Positions 18,988-27,969 of a stretch of 56,261 bases of DNA are shown piece by piece. This DNA is from a virus (Duplodnaviria; Caudoviricetes). Below the pieces are notes generated by a model. That model was not told the origin of the DNA and did no database searches. It was given only the letters and a program-made list of their open reading frames with translations. The stretch is from positions 1 to 56,261 of the IMG/VR virus record IMGVR_UViG_3300012953_006616; one strand, given 5' to 3'. Within the stretch, counting starts at the first letter, position 1; every line of letters begins with the position of its first letter. The position numbers and the translations under genes were made by a program.

Positions 18988-19628
18988 TCACCAATAAAGC
19001 ATGCATTCATTCTCAACATTTTGAACATAGCCTTAGCTATTACATTTATATTTTTTTGAGATATTGGATGCTCTTCATGGTAAAAAACTACGTTTACTAT
19101 TGCTTTAATAAAGACTTGTTGGTTATCTGAGTTTTGATTATTTTTATTTAAATTGATTATTTTGTTTTCGAAATCTATTTGAAAATCATCTTCATCTTCT
19201 GAATGTAAAATAGAATAAACATGACCGTCATAAATAAAATTGTCAGGTATATATAAAGTGTTTATCATTTTAGTCTCCCAGAAAGATCTGGCTTCATCAA
19301 TGACATGTGTTTTTAATTTATTTATGTCTATCCTATCGTCATTTAATATTTCACTAACAAAAGTTTTTAAATCAATATGCTCTTCATCGTCATTCAAGAC
19401 ATGCATCATCCTATAGTCTGAATCAAAAAACATATCTACTGCATTATCAAATGCTTCTGATAAATATTTTTTTCTTCTAAACCTAGGATGTTGCAACTTA
19501 ACATAGTCATCCATAGCTTGCTTTAGGATAGCATTTAATAAAGTTGTATAGTCTTGCCTGTCGAATGTTGACATATTAAAATTTAATTGTACAGGTATCT
19601 CCATCACAAAATTCATCATCAGCTTCAT
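18984..19628 (-). CDS. Hypothetical protein
   Basis: Likely real start is MSTFDRQ just after the nrdJ stop. Confidence 0.7.
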   Translation of the reverse strand: MKLMMNFVMEIPVQLNFNMSTFDRQDYTTLLNAILKQAMDDYVKLQHPRFRRKKYLSEAFDNAVDMFFDSDYRMMHVLNDDEEHIDLKTFVSEILNDDRIDINKLKTHVIDEARSFWETKMINTLYIPDNFIYDGHVYSILHSEDEDDFQIDFENKIINLNKNNQNSDNQQVFIKAIVNVVFYHEEHPISQKNINVIAKAMFKMLRMNACFIGD

Positions 19629-21555
19629 GCTGCGCTTCAGTTAAATCTATGTGTGATACCTTTGAGGACATTTCTTCGTACTGTTCTTTTGTTATTTCTA
19701 TATAGGGAGCTTGAACATATCCATGATTTTCATCTTCAAGCGGTAGAAGGGATATTGATTTTAAATCAGTTTCAAAATATTCTAAACAAGTTTCTATTTC
19801 TTTAGCCTCTTTTTTATTAAAAGTAACTGTTATTGATACCTGATTATCAGCCCACCATTTTTGCATATCTGCAGCATTGGCAAACTGTTCCCATATACTA
19901 ACATCTTTTTTAGCTTTTGAAAAATGTTTTTCCTTTACAGGAAAACTAACAACAGAAGTATCATCTGAATAAGAATCAGCTTCTACTATGTAGCCAGCAT
20001 TTTTACATATATTTACTAAAGCAGATGTATTTTGTACTCTAATATTTCTTATATAGTATTCGCTATGAGGATAATGTATGCCAGGAGTCGCACCGCATAA
20101 TAATGAAACTGTTCCGCTAGGCTTTACACTTGTAGTCTTTATAGATCTAGGCACGCAAAGCCACTCACTGTAAAGCTGATCTAAATTTTGAATATAATCA
20201 TATCCAGAATCACACCAGTTTAGAAAAGATCTTCTGCCTAGAAGTTGCATTGCTTGAATAATACCACTCATACTGCAGCCAATTCTTCTATTTCTCATCA
20301 TGACCGCATTTGTTTTTGCATTATGCGTAGGTATAAGTGTTACAGTTTTTGCATATAAATATGCAAATTTAAGTGTTCGTTTATAATCGTCTATATTTTT
20401 GTGGTGAGCAGGATATGTTTCAACTAAACAGCAAAGCTCATGATCTTCTAAAGATTGCTCTGAGCATGGGTTTGACCCCATAACTCTATGGTCTTTATGA
20501 TTGGGTATATCTTTAGTTCTTCCATAGTCTTGCATATTTTTGAGCCATATTATTCCTGGCTCGCCATTGTGTTTTATGCACTCTGCTATATTCGAATAAT
20601 TCATACCAACTGTACCGAAGATAGAGTTATTGCTAGCCCATCTCCTGTCCATTAATGCTTCTTTATCTTGTTTTAATTCTAAAAAGTTTTGATCTGATGC
20701 ATCTCCGAACATAATCTCGGCAGTTCTTCTAACACCACCGCTGACTACACACTTGCCTACATAGTTAAATATATCTACAATTTGTCCTGAAGATATAGGT
20801 GTGGGTTCTAAAACTGTTAATAAGTTTTTTAAATTATTTATCAATGCTATTAGTGGTTCTGGACCGGATGCAACGCCTCCGAAGCCTTTGATTGGGGCAC
20901 CTCTTTCTCTGATATGGCTGTAATCAATTTCTTTGGGGTACAGGGCTTTTCCAACGTGAGCATTGAGTACTGTCTTGGTTAAATCTATCCAGCCTTCTCT
21001 AGAGTCTTCTACGACGTATTCAGAGTCACTGTATGACAAAGGCATCAGCTTGATAGTACTAGCACCTCGTGTATCCCCTCCTACGCCAACTCCCAACATG
21101 GACATGTCCATGAGAAAAGTAAATGGTGTTGCAAAATCTATTGCTAGATTTTCTGTTGTCACAAAAGCACAATTATTTAATGCTGCTCCACCTTTTTTAT
21201 ATATTAATTCTGTACCCATCATCCAGAGACCTCTACCTGGGGGTGTGAATTTAAAAGTCCACATTCTTTCAAACATTTCTTGAGCAGATGTTTGTGCTTT
21301 TCTATCATCCCAGGGAAGTCTAAACATTTTACAGTGTTGTTTCTGTATATTATAAACGCCTTCAACAACTCTCTTTATTGTTTCCCAGAATTCTTCTAGA
21401 TTCCCATTCTCTTTGAGCCTTGCATACGTTCTCTTATATGTAAAATAACCAACAGGGCCCCATTTTGGTTGCTTGCCTTCATAATTGTTTAAAAATGAAG
21501 GACTTAATTGAAATGATCTTATTTTTCTTCCATCATGTTCTTGAGATAGAAACAT
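19576..21555 (-). CDS. nrdJ: Class II (B12-dependent) ribonucleotide reductase, monomeric RTPR type
   Basis: PPGRGLW, NNC, NPCSEQ, TSVKPSGTVS, C-terminal CDGDTC. Confidence 0.93.
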   Translation of the reverse strand: MFLSQEHDGRKIRSFQLSPSFLNNYEGKQPKWGPVGYFTYKRTYARLKENGNLEEFWETIKRVVEGVYNIQKQHCKMFRLPWDDRKAQTSAQEMFERMWTFKFTPPGRGLWMMGTELIYKKGGAALNNCAFVTTENLAIDFATPFTFLMDMSMLGVGVGGDTRGASTIKLMPLSYSDSEYVVEDSREGWIDLTKTVLNAHVGKALYPKEIDYSHIRERGAPIKGFGGVASGPEPLIALINNLKNLLTVLEPTPISSGQIVDIFNYVGKCVVSGGVRRTAEIMFGDASDQNFLELKQDKEALMDRRWASNNSIFGTVGMNYSNIAECIKHNGEPGIIWLKNMQDYGRTKDIPNHKDHRVMGSNPCSEQSLEDHELCCLVETYPAHHKNIDDYKRTLKFAYLYAKTVTLIPTHNAKTNAVMMRNRRIGCSMSGIIQAMQLLGRRSFLNWCDSGYDYIQNLDQLYSEWLCVPRSIKTTSVKPSGTVSLLCGATPGIHYPHSEYYIRNIRVQNTSALVNICKNAGYIVEADSYSDDTSVVSFPVKEKHFSKAKKDVSIWEQFANAADMQKWWADNQVSITVTFNKKEAKEIETCLEYFETDLKSISLLPLEDENHGYVQAPYIEITKEQYEEMSSKVSHIDLTEAQHEADDEFCDGDTCTIKF

Positions 21556-21762
21556 AATCTAAAGCTCCGTTGTTATATATCTATTATTTTTTCTGTTGTT
21601 CTATCTTTATGGCCAGCTAAATGTTTTAAATGAGAAACTATGAGTAGCATTAGAAGTTGCAATACAATGCAAAATATAATGATACCCATAAATCCATTCA
21701 TTATATGGCAAAAGATATAAAGTAATTTTTCTTTTAAAAAGGTAAGCAATGTATTAAATTGC

Positions 21763-22041
21763 TTAGCCATCCATAGCCTCTTCGTCAAGATATAGATTTT
21801 CCATAACAGTTGGCATGGTAGTTTCTATATATTGCTGCAAGGTTTGAACGCCTAATAAAAATGTGAGAAGATTTGCACTCACATCTTCAGTACCGTTAAC
21901 TGATGAGGTAACCATTGAAAAGAATTCTTCAAATTCATCTGGTGTTACCTCGGAAGTAGATGTTGAGATATCTATTAGCATTAATGAAATTAGCTCAGAT
22001 CTCTCTTGAATATTTAATGATGATAATGATTTTATATTCAT
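21763..22041 (-). CDS. Hypothetical protein
   Basis: Coupled small ORF. Confidence 0.6.
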   Translation of the reverse strand: MNIKSLSSLNIQERSELISLMLIDISTSTSEVTPDEFEEFFSMVTSSVNGTEDVSANLLTFLLGVQTLQQYIETTMPTVMENLYLDEEAMDG

Positions 22042-22292
22042 GTTGTATTTGTTCCGATTTTATTGTAAGCCATTAAAGTCATATTGACTAGAAGGCCTGT
22101 AGTTACTGAGCCGACTACTGCAATTAAACTTTGCGATATACCGGTTAATAATAAAAAAGTTATTACTGAAGATAGTATATCAGTAATTAAAAAATGTTTT
22201 AAAAAAAATGTTTTAAATATTTTTGGTATATGCATAAAGGTAAACACTAAGCTCATCCACATGATGAATCCCAGTATGACTCCGTCAATCAT
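22038..22292 (-). CDS. Small membrane protein
   Basis: Hydrophobic segments; AGGAG SD. Confidence 0.65.
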   Translation of the reverse strand: MIDGVILGFIMWMSLVFTFMHIPKIFKTFFLKHFLITDILSSVITFLLLTGISQSLIAVVGSVTTGLLVNMTLMAYNKIGTNTT

Positions 22293-22378
22293 CAGTTCTC
22301 CTTTTTAAAAAGCTTGCTATCCATTTTATATATTCGCTAATAAAGCGACTTGTTCGCATTGGTATCATGCTTTTTCCT

Positions 22379-22597
22379 TTAGCATTTTTGTGTATATCCT
22401 TCTTGGCCTAGTATTAAGTCCATCTGAGTATTGTCAGTATTGTCGACTACATTTATATGTATTTCTCCATATGAATCTCTCCATACAGAAATATGCCAAT
22501 TGGTTTGAGTAATTGTTATTGTATCTGAATCTGGATAATAGTTTTCAACTGTTATGTCATTTTCCATAAGTAAAATCCTGTAAAAATTTTTTTCCAA
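22379..22597 (-). CDS. Hypothetical protein
   Basis: Small ORF; start uncertain. Confidence 0.5.
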   Translation of the reverse strand: MEKNFYRILLMENDITVENYYPDSDTITITQTNWHISVWRDSYGEIHINVVDNTDNTQMDLILGQEGYTQKC

Positions 22598-22948
22598 TTT
22601 TGGAATCTCTATACGCGATTTTTAATATGTAGCTAAGCCTCTTCTATAGAGATAAATTCTACATATTCATGATCTTCAGCTTCTCCATCAGCGTATTTTT
22701 CCATAGCTTCTTCTTCGCTATACGCTTCCATAGAGCATTCCATGCGATAATATATTTTATAAAATTTTAATTCTTCTTCTTCGTCATCTAATTGTTCATT
22801 CATTTTTTTTCCTTATAAATTAATTTGTATAAATCTTCATACGCATGACCAGACCAGCCTGAGATATTGTCTTGCTTATAGTCAGAAAATGGACAAGTTA
22901 TATCAATGCAAAATTGTTTTTCTATATTAGAACCACATCTTATACATT

Positions 22949-23488
22949 CTATTGGCTTGTCCATTTCATCTCCACATGTAGGCTCATGCCTATTTGTTCC
23001 AGAATTTTTCTAAGCTCTAACAGTGTATCAATTCTTTGTTTCCAAAAATTCTTTACAATTCTGGATGCAACTTTTGCAGAAATAGTAGAAGACATGTAAC
23101 TGTCTGCCATTTGTTCTATAACTGTTGCTGCAGGTCTCTTAGCTCCTTTTTTTGCGAAGGAAGATACTATTGCATGTACTACATCAGATTTTTTAATAGC
23201 ATTTCCACCTGCAATTGCATCTGTTATAGAAGCTGCAACTGAATGGTAATTGCTAGCTAGCTGTAAGTTTCTAGCCAATTGCATCAATATAGATCTGAAT
23301 GTTTCTTCAGATAAATTTTTAGGTATGTCTATTGTTAATTCTGTAGCCCATTCATACAATGTTTTTTCATAAAATACAAATTCTTGTATGAAGGAAGAAG
23401 TAATCTCTGAATAGATTTCAGCACCTTGAGCTACAACATCCATGATTGCTGAATGATCTATTTTCAGAGTATCGTCGTCCATTATCAT
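22949..23488 (-). CDS. Hypothetical helical protein
   Basis: 179 aa, GGTGGAG SD. Confidence 0.7.
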   Translation of the reverse strand: MIMDDDTLKIDHSAIMDVVAQGAEIYSEITSSFIQEFVFYEKTLYEWATELTIDIPKNLSEETFRSILMQLARNLQLASNYHSVAASITDAIAGGNAIKKSDVVHAIVSSFAKKGAKRPAATVIEQMADSYMSSTISAKVASRIVKNFWKQRIDTLLELRKILEQIGMSLHVEMKWTSQ

Positions 23489-23558
23489 TTCTCCACCTTA
23501 TAAAATTGCCCCCCACTCAAAATGAATCGAGCAGGGGGCAGATTTATATTAAAATATT

Positions 23559-23948
23559 TTACCAGAGGGGGCGTCTGCCCATAGAATTCTTGGAAGAATC
23601 TTCTCCGGTATTTGTATTGGCTTGAGCTTGAGCAGCAGCTGCATTGACGCGAGCCGATTGACCACTCTTGCTATTAAAATTATCGATTATAGACTGAAAT
23701 ATTTCATCTTTAACGGTTGTATCTTCGCCAAGAAATCTGACATCATCATACCATGTGTCATTTCCTTCTTTGTCCTTCCCCTTATGTTGTGGGGCTGAAA
23801 CAAAGATGCCTTTTGCACCATTGATTATTTTAAATCCTCCTATTTCTAGAACATCTTCAACTAGCAATGATGCGAAGCCCACTATCTTGCTCTTGGGATT
23901 CGGAATTTGTCTCACCTGTACAGTGTAACTGAACATTTTGTTCTCCAT
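23559..23948 (-). CDS. SpoVG-family nucleic-acid-binding protein
   Basis: GFASLLVEDVLEIGGFKIINGAKGIFVSAP..WYDDV matches the SpoVG pattern. Confidence 0.85.
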   Translation of the reverse strand: MENKMFSYTVQVRQIPNPKSKIVGFASLLVEDVLEIGGFKIINGAKGIFVSAPQHKGKDKEGNDTWYDDVRFLGEDTTVKDEIFQSIIDNFNSKSGQSARVNAAAAQAQANTNTGEDSSKNSMGRRPLW

Positions 23949-24016
23949 TTATTTGTTTTTCGTTATATTGTTTTTTCATATAAATTATATAATTAGCTAT
24001 TACTTCTGCAACCGCA

Positions 24017-24352
24017 TCAACAACCATCGCCGCTATCTGGGTGATTGCTAGTTTCACTGCCGGTCTCGACATCATCGCTATTAAAAATCTTTTCATCTTC
24101 TGTTTGCTCCGACGTAATTTCCACCTTATTCTTTTCAAGAAAAATTCTATAAAAATAACCCAAAGAAATAGCCATTCCAGCTAATTGTTGTGGTGTTAAT
24201 TTAGATAAAACTCCTTTTGACTGTGCAAAGTCTGCGAAAGCCATGCCTAGCACGTCATATTCTTCTTTAGGTGTGGTCACGACTTTATTACTTAAAATTT
24301 CTAGCAATTGAAACTGATCAATTACTAGGTTTTCATTTACATGCCATTTCAT
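24017..24352 (-). CDS. Hypothetical protein
   Basis: Coupled ORF. Confidence 0.6.
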   Translation of the reverse strand: MKWHVNENLVIDQFQLLEILSNKVVTTPKEEYDVLGMAFADFAQSKGVLSKLTPQQLAGMAISLGYFYRIFLEKNKVEITSEQTEDEKIFNSDDVETGSETSNHPDSGDGC

Positions 24353-24355
24353 CTA

Positions 24356-24805
24356 TTAGTCCCAGCCAATTATATTGGGTGTTGCAGACATAAGCAGCCT
24401 TAGCAAGACTGTATATTCGCCACCAGTAATGGGTACTGTAACATAATTAGATTCATTTGTATTTTTATTTTTTTCACCAAGTTTCATCATATAGGTTCCG
24501 GCATATTTACCTTCTCCTGGACTGAATTCTAAACTTTTTACACTAGATGAGCCAGGCATAGAATGTACTAGCCTTTGTGGTGAATCTGGATTATCAAACA
24601 TTAAACACATGTCCGATATTCCTAATGCAAAGGATATTTTAGTCTTCCAATTGTAAGACTTATCTCCTTCAGAAGGTGCTGCTTCTAAAAGAACTGCACC
24701 ATTTTTTTCTATTCTGCCATCCTCATTTGTTTTCGGAGGTATGACTGTGAATTGGGCTGCTCCTAATTTTTTATAAATAGGGAATGTTCCCGGATACTTT
24801 CTCAT
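24356..24805 (-). CDS. Whirly-like ssDNA-binding protein
   Basis: IYKKLGAA..GAVLLEAAP..YNWKTKISFAL..VPITGGEYTVL..PNIIGW, colinear with remembered plant Whirly motifs. Confidence 0.7.
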   Translation of the reverse strand: MRKYPGTFPIYKKLGAAQFTVIPPKTNEDGRIEKNGAVLLEAAPSEGDKSYNWKTKISFALGISDMCLMFDNPDSPQRLVHSMPGSSSVKSLEFSPGEGKYAGTYMMKLGEKNKNTNESNYVTVPITGGEYTVLLRLLMSATPNIIGWD

Positions 24806-25073
24806 TGTTTTCCTCTTTTATTTCTTCTATCCAGCTTAACATCAACAATCCCTGTCTTATGACTGAATTGTATATACTATCGCCATGATCGTTTTTATTT
24901 TGTATTACTAATTTTAATAATTCAGATGGGTTTATATTTTTTTGATCTGTATCTAAATTTAGATCTTCGATACCCATTCGTATAAATATATTAGCTAATA
25001 TTTCAATCTTGTCAATGGTTTTTAAACTTGATGTTTGATTAAAAAAAGAATCAACTATATTTTTTTTATTCAT
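24771..25073 (-). CDS. Hypothetical protein
   Basis: Coupled ORF. Confidence 0.6.
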   Translation of the reverse strand: MNKKNIVDSFFNQTSSLKTIDKIEILANIFIRMGIEDLNLDTDQKNINPSELLKLVIQNKNDHGDSIYNSVIRQGLLMLSWIEEIKEENNEKVSGNIPYL

Positions 25074-25945
25074 TTATTATTAAGCTCTTTATCTATGTTA
25101 GATATTAGCAGTGGTACTGGGCCTCTATACTGTTGAGTAAGTTGCATACAAGAAGTTATTTCAGATTTTTTAAATATATTTGAAGCTATCATTTTGTATA
25201 TGCCAGTATCTCTGTTGCTTTGATTTGTGTCTATTTGCTCTAGATCGCCCAATAGGATTAATTTACTATTTTGCCCTATTCTTGAAGCTGTTGATTTTAA
25301 TTCATGCCATGTAAGGTTTTGAATTTCATCAAGAATAAATGTGCAATTTTCAAATGTACAGCCTCTGACATATTCTAAAGGTAAGTATTCTAAAGAATTT
25401 TTTTCTTCTAATATACTTGTATATGCAGTGGACTTATCCCCTAGAATACTTTTAAGCACCATTTCATAAGATGATATGAAAGGGGCATACTTGTCTCTGA
25501 CATCACCTGGCACTGGGCCGAATGCTCTGCCTCTGCCAATTAGTGCTGTAGATTTACACATATAAATTTTCTTTTCATGATTGAAAAGTTGATCTAATGC
25601 GTACGAGAGAGCAAGCGTTGTTTTTCCTGTACCTGCAGCTCCAAGGCATACTGATATTTTTATTTCTTCTGACGCAAGACTATCTAAAAAACAAACTTGT
25701 TTTACATCTTTTGGGTTAACACCATTAAAAGATAAGTGTTTGTTTGGATCTATAAGTTGTAATGAATTGTCGGCTATCTTTTTACACAAAGCTGTATGCT
25801 TCGTGTCTGTTGCATTTTTTAAAAGTATATATGAGTTTATTGATATATCATCAATTCCATCATAATCTATACATTTTTCTAAATATATTTTATCTATTAT
25901 TTCTTTACTTAGTTCTAATTCTAATAGCCGAGAAAGCTCATTCAT
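25070..25945 (-). CDS. phoH: PhoH-family ATPase
   Basis: GAAGTGKT, GPVPGD..K, YVRGCTF..ILDEIQN, RIG..SKLILLGD..QID. Confidence 0.92.
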   Translation of the reverse strand: MNELSRLLELELSKEIIDKIYLEKCIDYDGIDDISINSYILLKNATDTKHTALCKKIADNSLQLIDPNKHLSFNGVNPKDVKQVCFLDSLASEEIKISVCLGAAGTGKTTLALSYALDQLFNHEKKIYMCKSTALIGRGRAFGPVPGDVRDKYAPFISSYEMVLKSILGDKSTAYTSILEEKNSLEYLPLEYVRGCTFENCTFILDEIQNLTWHELKSTASRIGQNSKLILLGDLEQIDTNQSNRDTGIYKMIASNIFKKSEITSCMQLTQQYRGPVPLLISNIDKELNNK

Positions 25946-25948
25946 TAT

Positions 25949-26335
25949 TTATTCCTTTATTAATTTATTCAACAAGTCTATAAGTGCTTCTTCTGTTTTT
26001 ACTGTGTATTTCGGCGGGGTCATATTTGTACTTAATATCGATAAATAGTCCTCATCAAGCTTTGAATCTCTTTGTATACTTCTAGTGTATAATATGTTTG
26101 TATCTATTTCCAATTTTACTATAGTTGTATTTCTAATTTTTATGCCGCATGCTGATTCGGCAATAATATTTTTTCTTGATCTTGCGATCTTTTTTTTATA
26201 GTTTCTTTCTCTATTTTTCCCATTAAAATTTTTTATATCTATGTAATTTATTTTAAGTTCTGTTTGATCAAGAAACTTTTTAATTGCTGTAGACTTGCCA
26301 GAACATGGCAATCCTATAACTTGAACTTTTTTCAT
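25949..26335 (-). CDS. Small P-loop kinase-like protein
   Basis: VIGLPCSGKST Walker A. Confidence 0.7.
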   Translation of the reverse strand: MKKVQVIGLPCSGKSTAIKKFLDQTELKINYIDIKNFNGKNRERNYKKKIARSRKNIIAESACGIKIRNTTIVKLEIDTNILYTRSIQRDSKLDEDYLSILSTNMTPPKYTVKTEEALIDLLNKLIKE

Positions 26336-26347
26336 TAAAGTTTCTCC

Positions 26348-26388
26348 AAAAAAATAAAAGGTGGAGCCAGGAAATTCCTGACTCCACC
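26348..26388 (-). terminator. Terminator-like hairpin
   Basis: GGTGGAGTCAGGA-ATT-TCCTGGCTCCACC followed by TTTTATTTTTTT. Confidence 0.65.
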
Positions 26389-26470
26389 AGTGTCAACCAA
26401 CCCGACACGGGAGAGATATATAATGGTATGCATTATATAGGGCTGTTTAGATATGAAATAAACAACCACG

Positions 26471-26494
26471 AAAAAGGGAGGCGCAAGCCTCCCT
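26471..26494 (-). terminator. Intrinsic terminator after the Ubl gene
   Basis: AGGGAGGC-TTGC-GCCTCCCT-TTTT. Confidence 0.85.
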
Positions 26495-26508
26495 ATAAGG
26501 TTTATTGA

Positions 26509-26724
26509 CTAGTTACCCTTAACGGCACCAGTTGCAAATACCTCAGAGACTCCATCAAGCGTAGTGCTTGACCAAGCTTCAGGTGCAACACCTTCGCCAT
26601 TAAGAATTAGCTGGCGACCATTAAGGCCGTGTGTTGCTGCAAAAGCTGCAAGGGTGGTCCCATCCTCAATCTGAACGTTTGAGGCACCAGGACCGGGAAC
26701 GAGTACGAGTGTAATATATCGCAT
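26509..26724 (-). CDS. Ubiquitin-like (beta-grasp, ThiS/MoaD-like) protein
   Basis: 71 aa; GTTLAAF helix, LILNG strand, C-terminus AVKGN; directly downstream of the E1-like gene; GAGG SD. Confidence 0.8.
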   Translation of the reverse strand: MRYITLVLVPGPGASNVQIEDGTTLAAFAATHGLNGRQLILNGEGVAPEAWSSTTLDGVSEVFATGAVKGN

Positions 26725-26732
26725 TTTATCCT

Positions 26733-27428
26733 CTATTGTGGTGCGTAAGTTTGAAGTTCTGAATTACTTAAATTAAATATAAGTTTTTCAGCTGGTTGAT
26801 ATTCAGTGCCTCTCCTTTCAGAAGAAAGCATGTGGCATATAGTGTGAACTGTCTGAGCAGCAACCATGTTTACTAGTGTTGTGCATATTCTAAGATTACA
26901 GGGTCCATCTGGAACATCTTCATCATTAAAAAGAGATGATTTCCATTTTTCCAACTTGTAAGAATTCATATTATCTATAATATTTATTTCTGCGTGTGCA
27001 AACCCTAATCTAGTTTCGAAAACATTTTTAACTTTCCAGTTAAGACGAAAAGCGTCGTAGATATCATGTCTAGCTGACATAGTATCTACAGTGAGGACCA
27101 ATGGCCCATCAATTAAAGCTTTATGTTCATTTGCTTTGAAATAATAATCGTGTGTTTCGATTTCTGCCATAGGGTTAAATCTTTGTATTACTTGCTTAAA
27201 AGCATCTACTTTTCTTTTTCCGATATGTTCTATATCGTATATTTGATTTGGTAAATTATGGTCTTCGACAATGTCAGGATCCCAAATTCTAAATTTGTGA
27301 AACCCCATTTTTGCTGCTGTTAATCCGATGTAACTACCGGTTGCTCCAACACCAATGATATTTAAATGTTGCTGAGCATCTTCTGGTCCGAAGAATCCAG
27401 CATGCCTAAGAAAGCTTACTGAAGACAT
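26733..27428 (-). CDS. ThiF/MoeB/E1-family adenylating enzyme
   Basis: IIGVGATGS, DPDIVEDHNLPNQ, GKRKVDA, TVDTMSAR; candidate thioester Cys177 (DGPCN); no CxxC zinc pairs. Confidence 0.92.
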   Translation of the reverse strand: MSSVSFLRHAGFFGPEDAQQHLNIIGVGATGSYIGLTAAKMGFHKFRIWDPDIVEDHNLPNQIYDIEHIGKRKVDAFKQVIQRFNPMAEIETHDYYFKANEHKALIDGPLVLTVDTMSARHDIYDAFRLNWKVKNVFETRLGFAHAEINIIDNMNSYKLEKWKSSLFNDEDVPDGPCNLRICTTLVNMVAAQTVHTICHMLSSERRGTEYQPAEKLIFNLSNSELQTYAPQ

Positions 27429-27441
27429 TATGACTCCTTTG

Positions 27442-27969
27442 TTAGTCTGTTAAGTAATCGATGTTTTGTCTAATATATGAATCGAAAACTTCAGATGAAT
27501 AAGTTTCATCATATGGAGTGTAGATATAATTATCTATTTCCTCCTTCCATCTTTCGACTATTATTTCTGCAATTTCTGGAGGCATATCAGGATCTGCAAG
27601 GAGCATAGCTGTTTTCAAAGCAGAGTCAAAGAAATCAAGTTCTATAATTTCGGTATTTAATATATCCCATAATTCTATTTTTGAAAGTTCCAGATTGTCA
27701 GAGTTGTCTTCATAAGTGAAATTCTCAAGTTTAAGAATTTCGTCATCATCTGTCGAAAGTATTGTCGACAAAGTTATAAGCTCTATATTTGTTAGAGATG
27801 CATCTAGAAGATCTATGAGTGCTTCAATTGAAGTAATATCTGAATTAATTCCATTGATACTTTCCAAGAGTTTATGCAGCTCATCACTATTAGATATAGT
27901 AGTTTTTATATCAGCTGGAATTTCAAAATTATATTCTTTATAAGATACGCCAGTTCTTTCTATTTTTTT
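27442..27969 (-). CDS. Acidic helical ORF, probably the -1-frame C-terminal extension of the JAMM protein
   Basis: Frame is open from 27969 (inside the A9 run ending the JAMM gene); first canonical start is an internal TTG (27867) with no clear SD. Confidence 0.6.
   Translation of the reverse strand, partial: KKIERTGVSYKEYNFEIPADIKTTISNSDELHKLLESINGINSDITSIEALIDLLDASLTNIELITLSTILSTDDDEILKLENFTYEDNSDNLELSKIELWDILNTEIIELDFFDSALKTAMLLADPDMPPEIAEIIVERWKEEIDNYIYTPYDETYSSEVFDSYIRQNIDYLTD

Noticed and set aside
16527-21555. Inteins in RecA or NrdJ
   Set aside because: Both have normal length and continuous motifs.
22949-23488. UvsY-like recombination mediator
   Set aside because: Only general helical character and size fit; no motif I can support.
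26509-27428. Ordinary ThiF-ThiS or MoeB-MoaD sulfur relay
   Set aside because: No thiamine, Moco or thiouridylase genes in the window, the Ubl lacks terminal GG, and JAMM and E2-like genes are adjacent. Disfavoured, not formally excluded.
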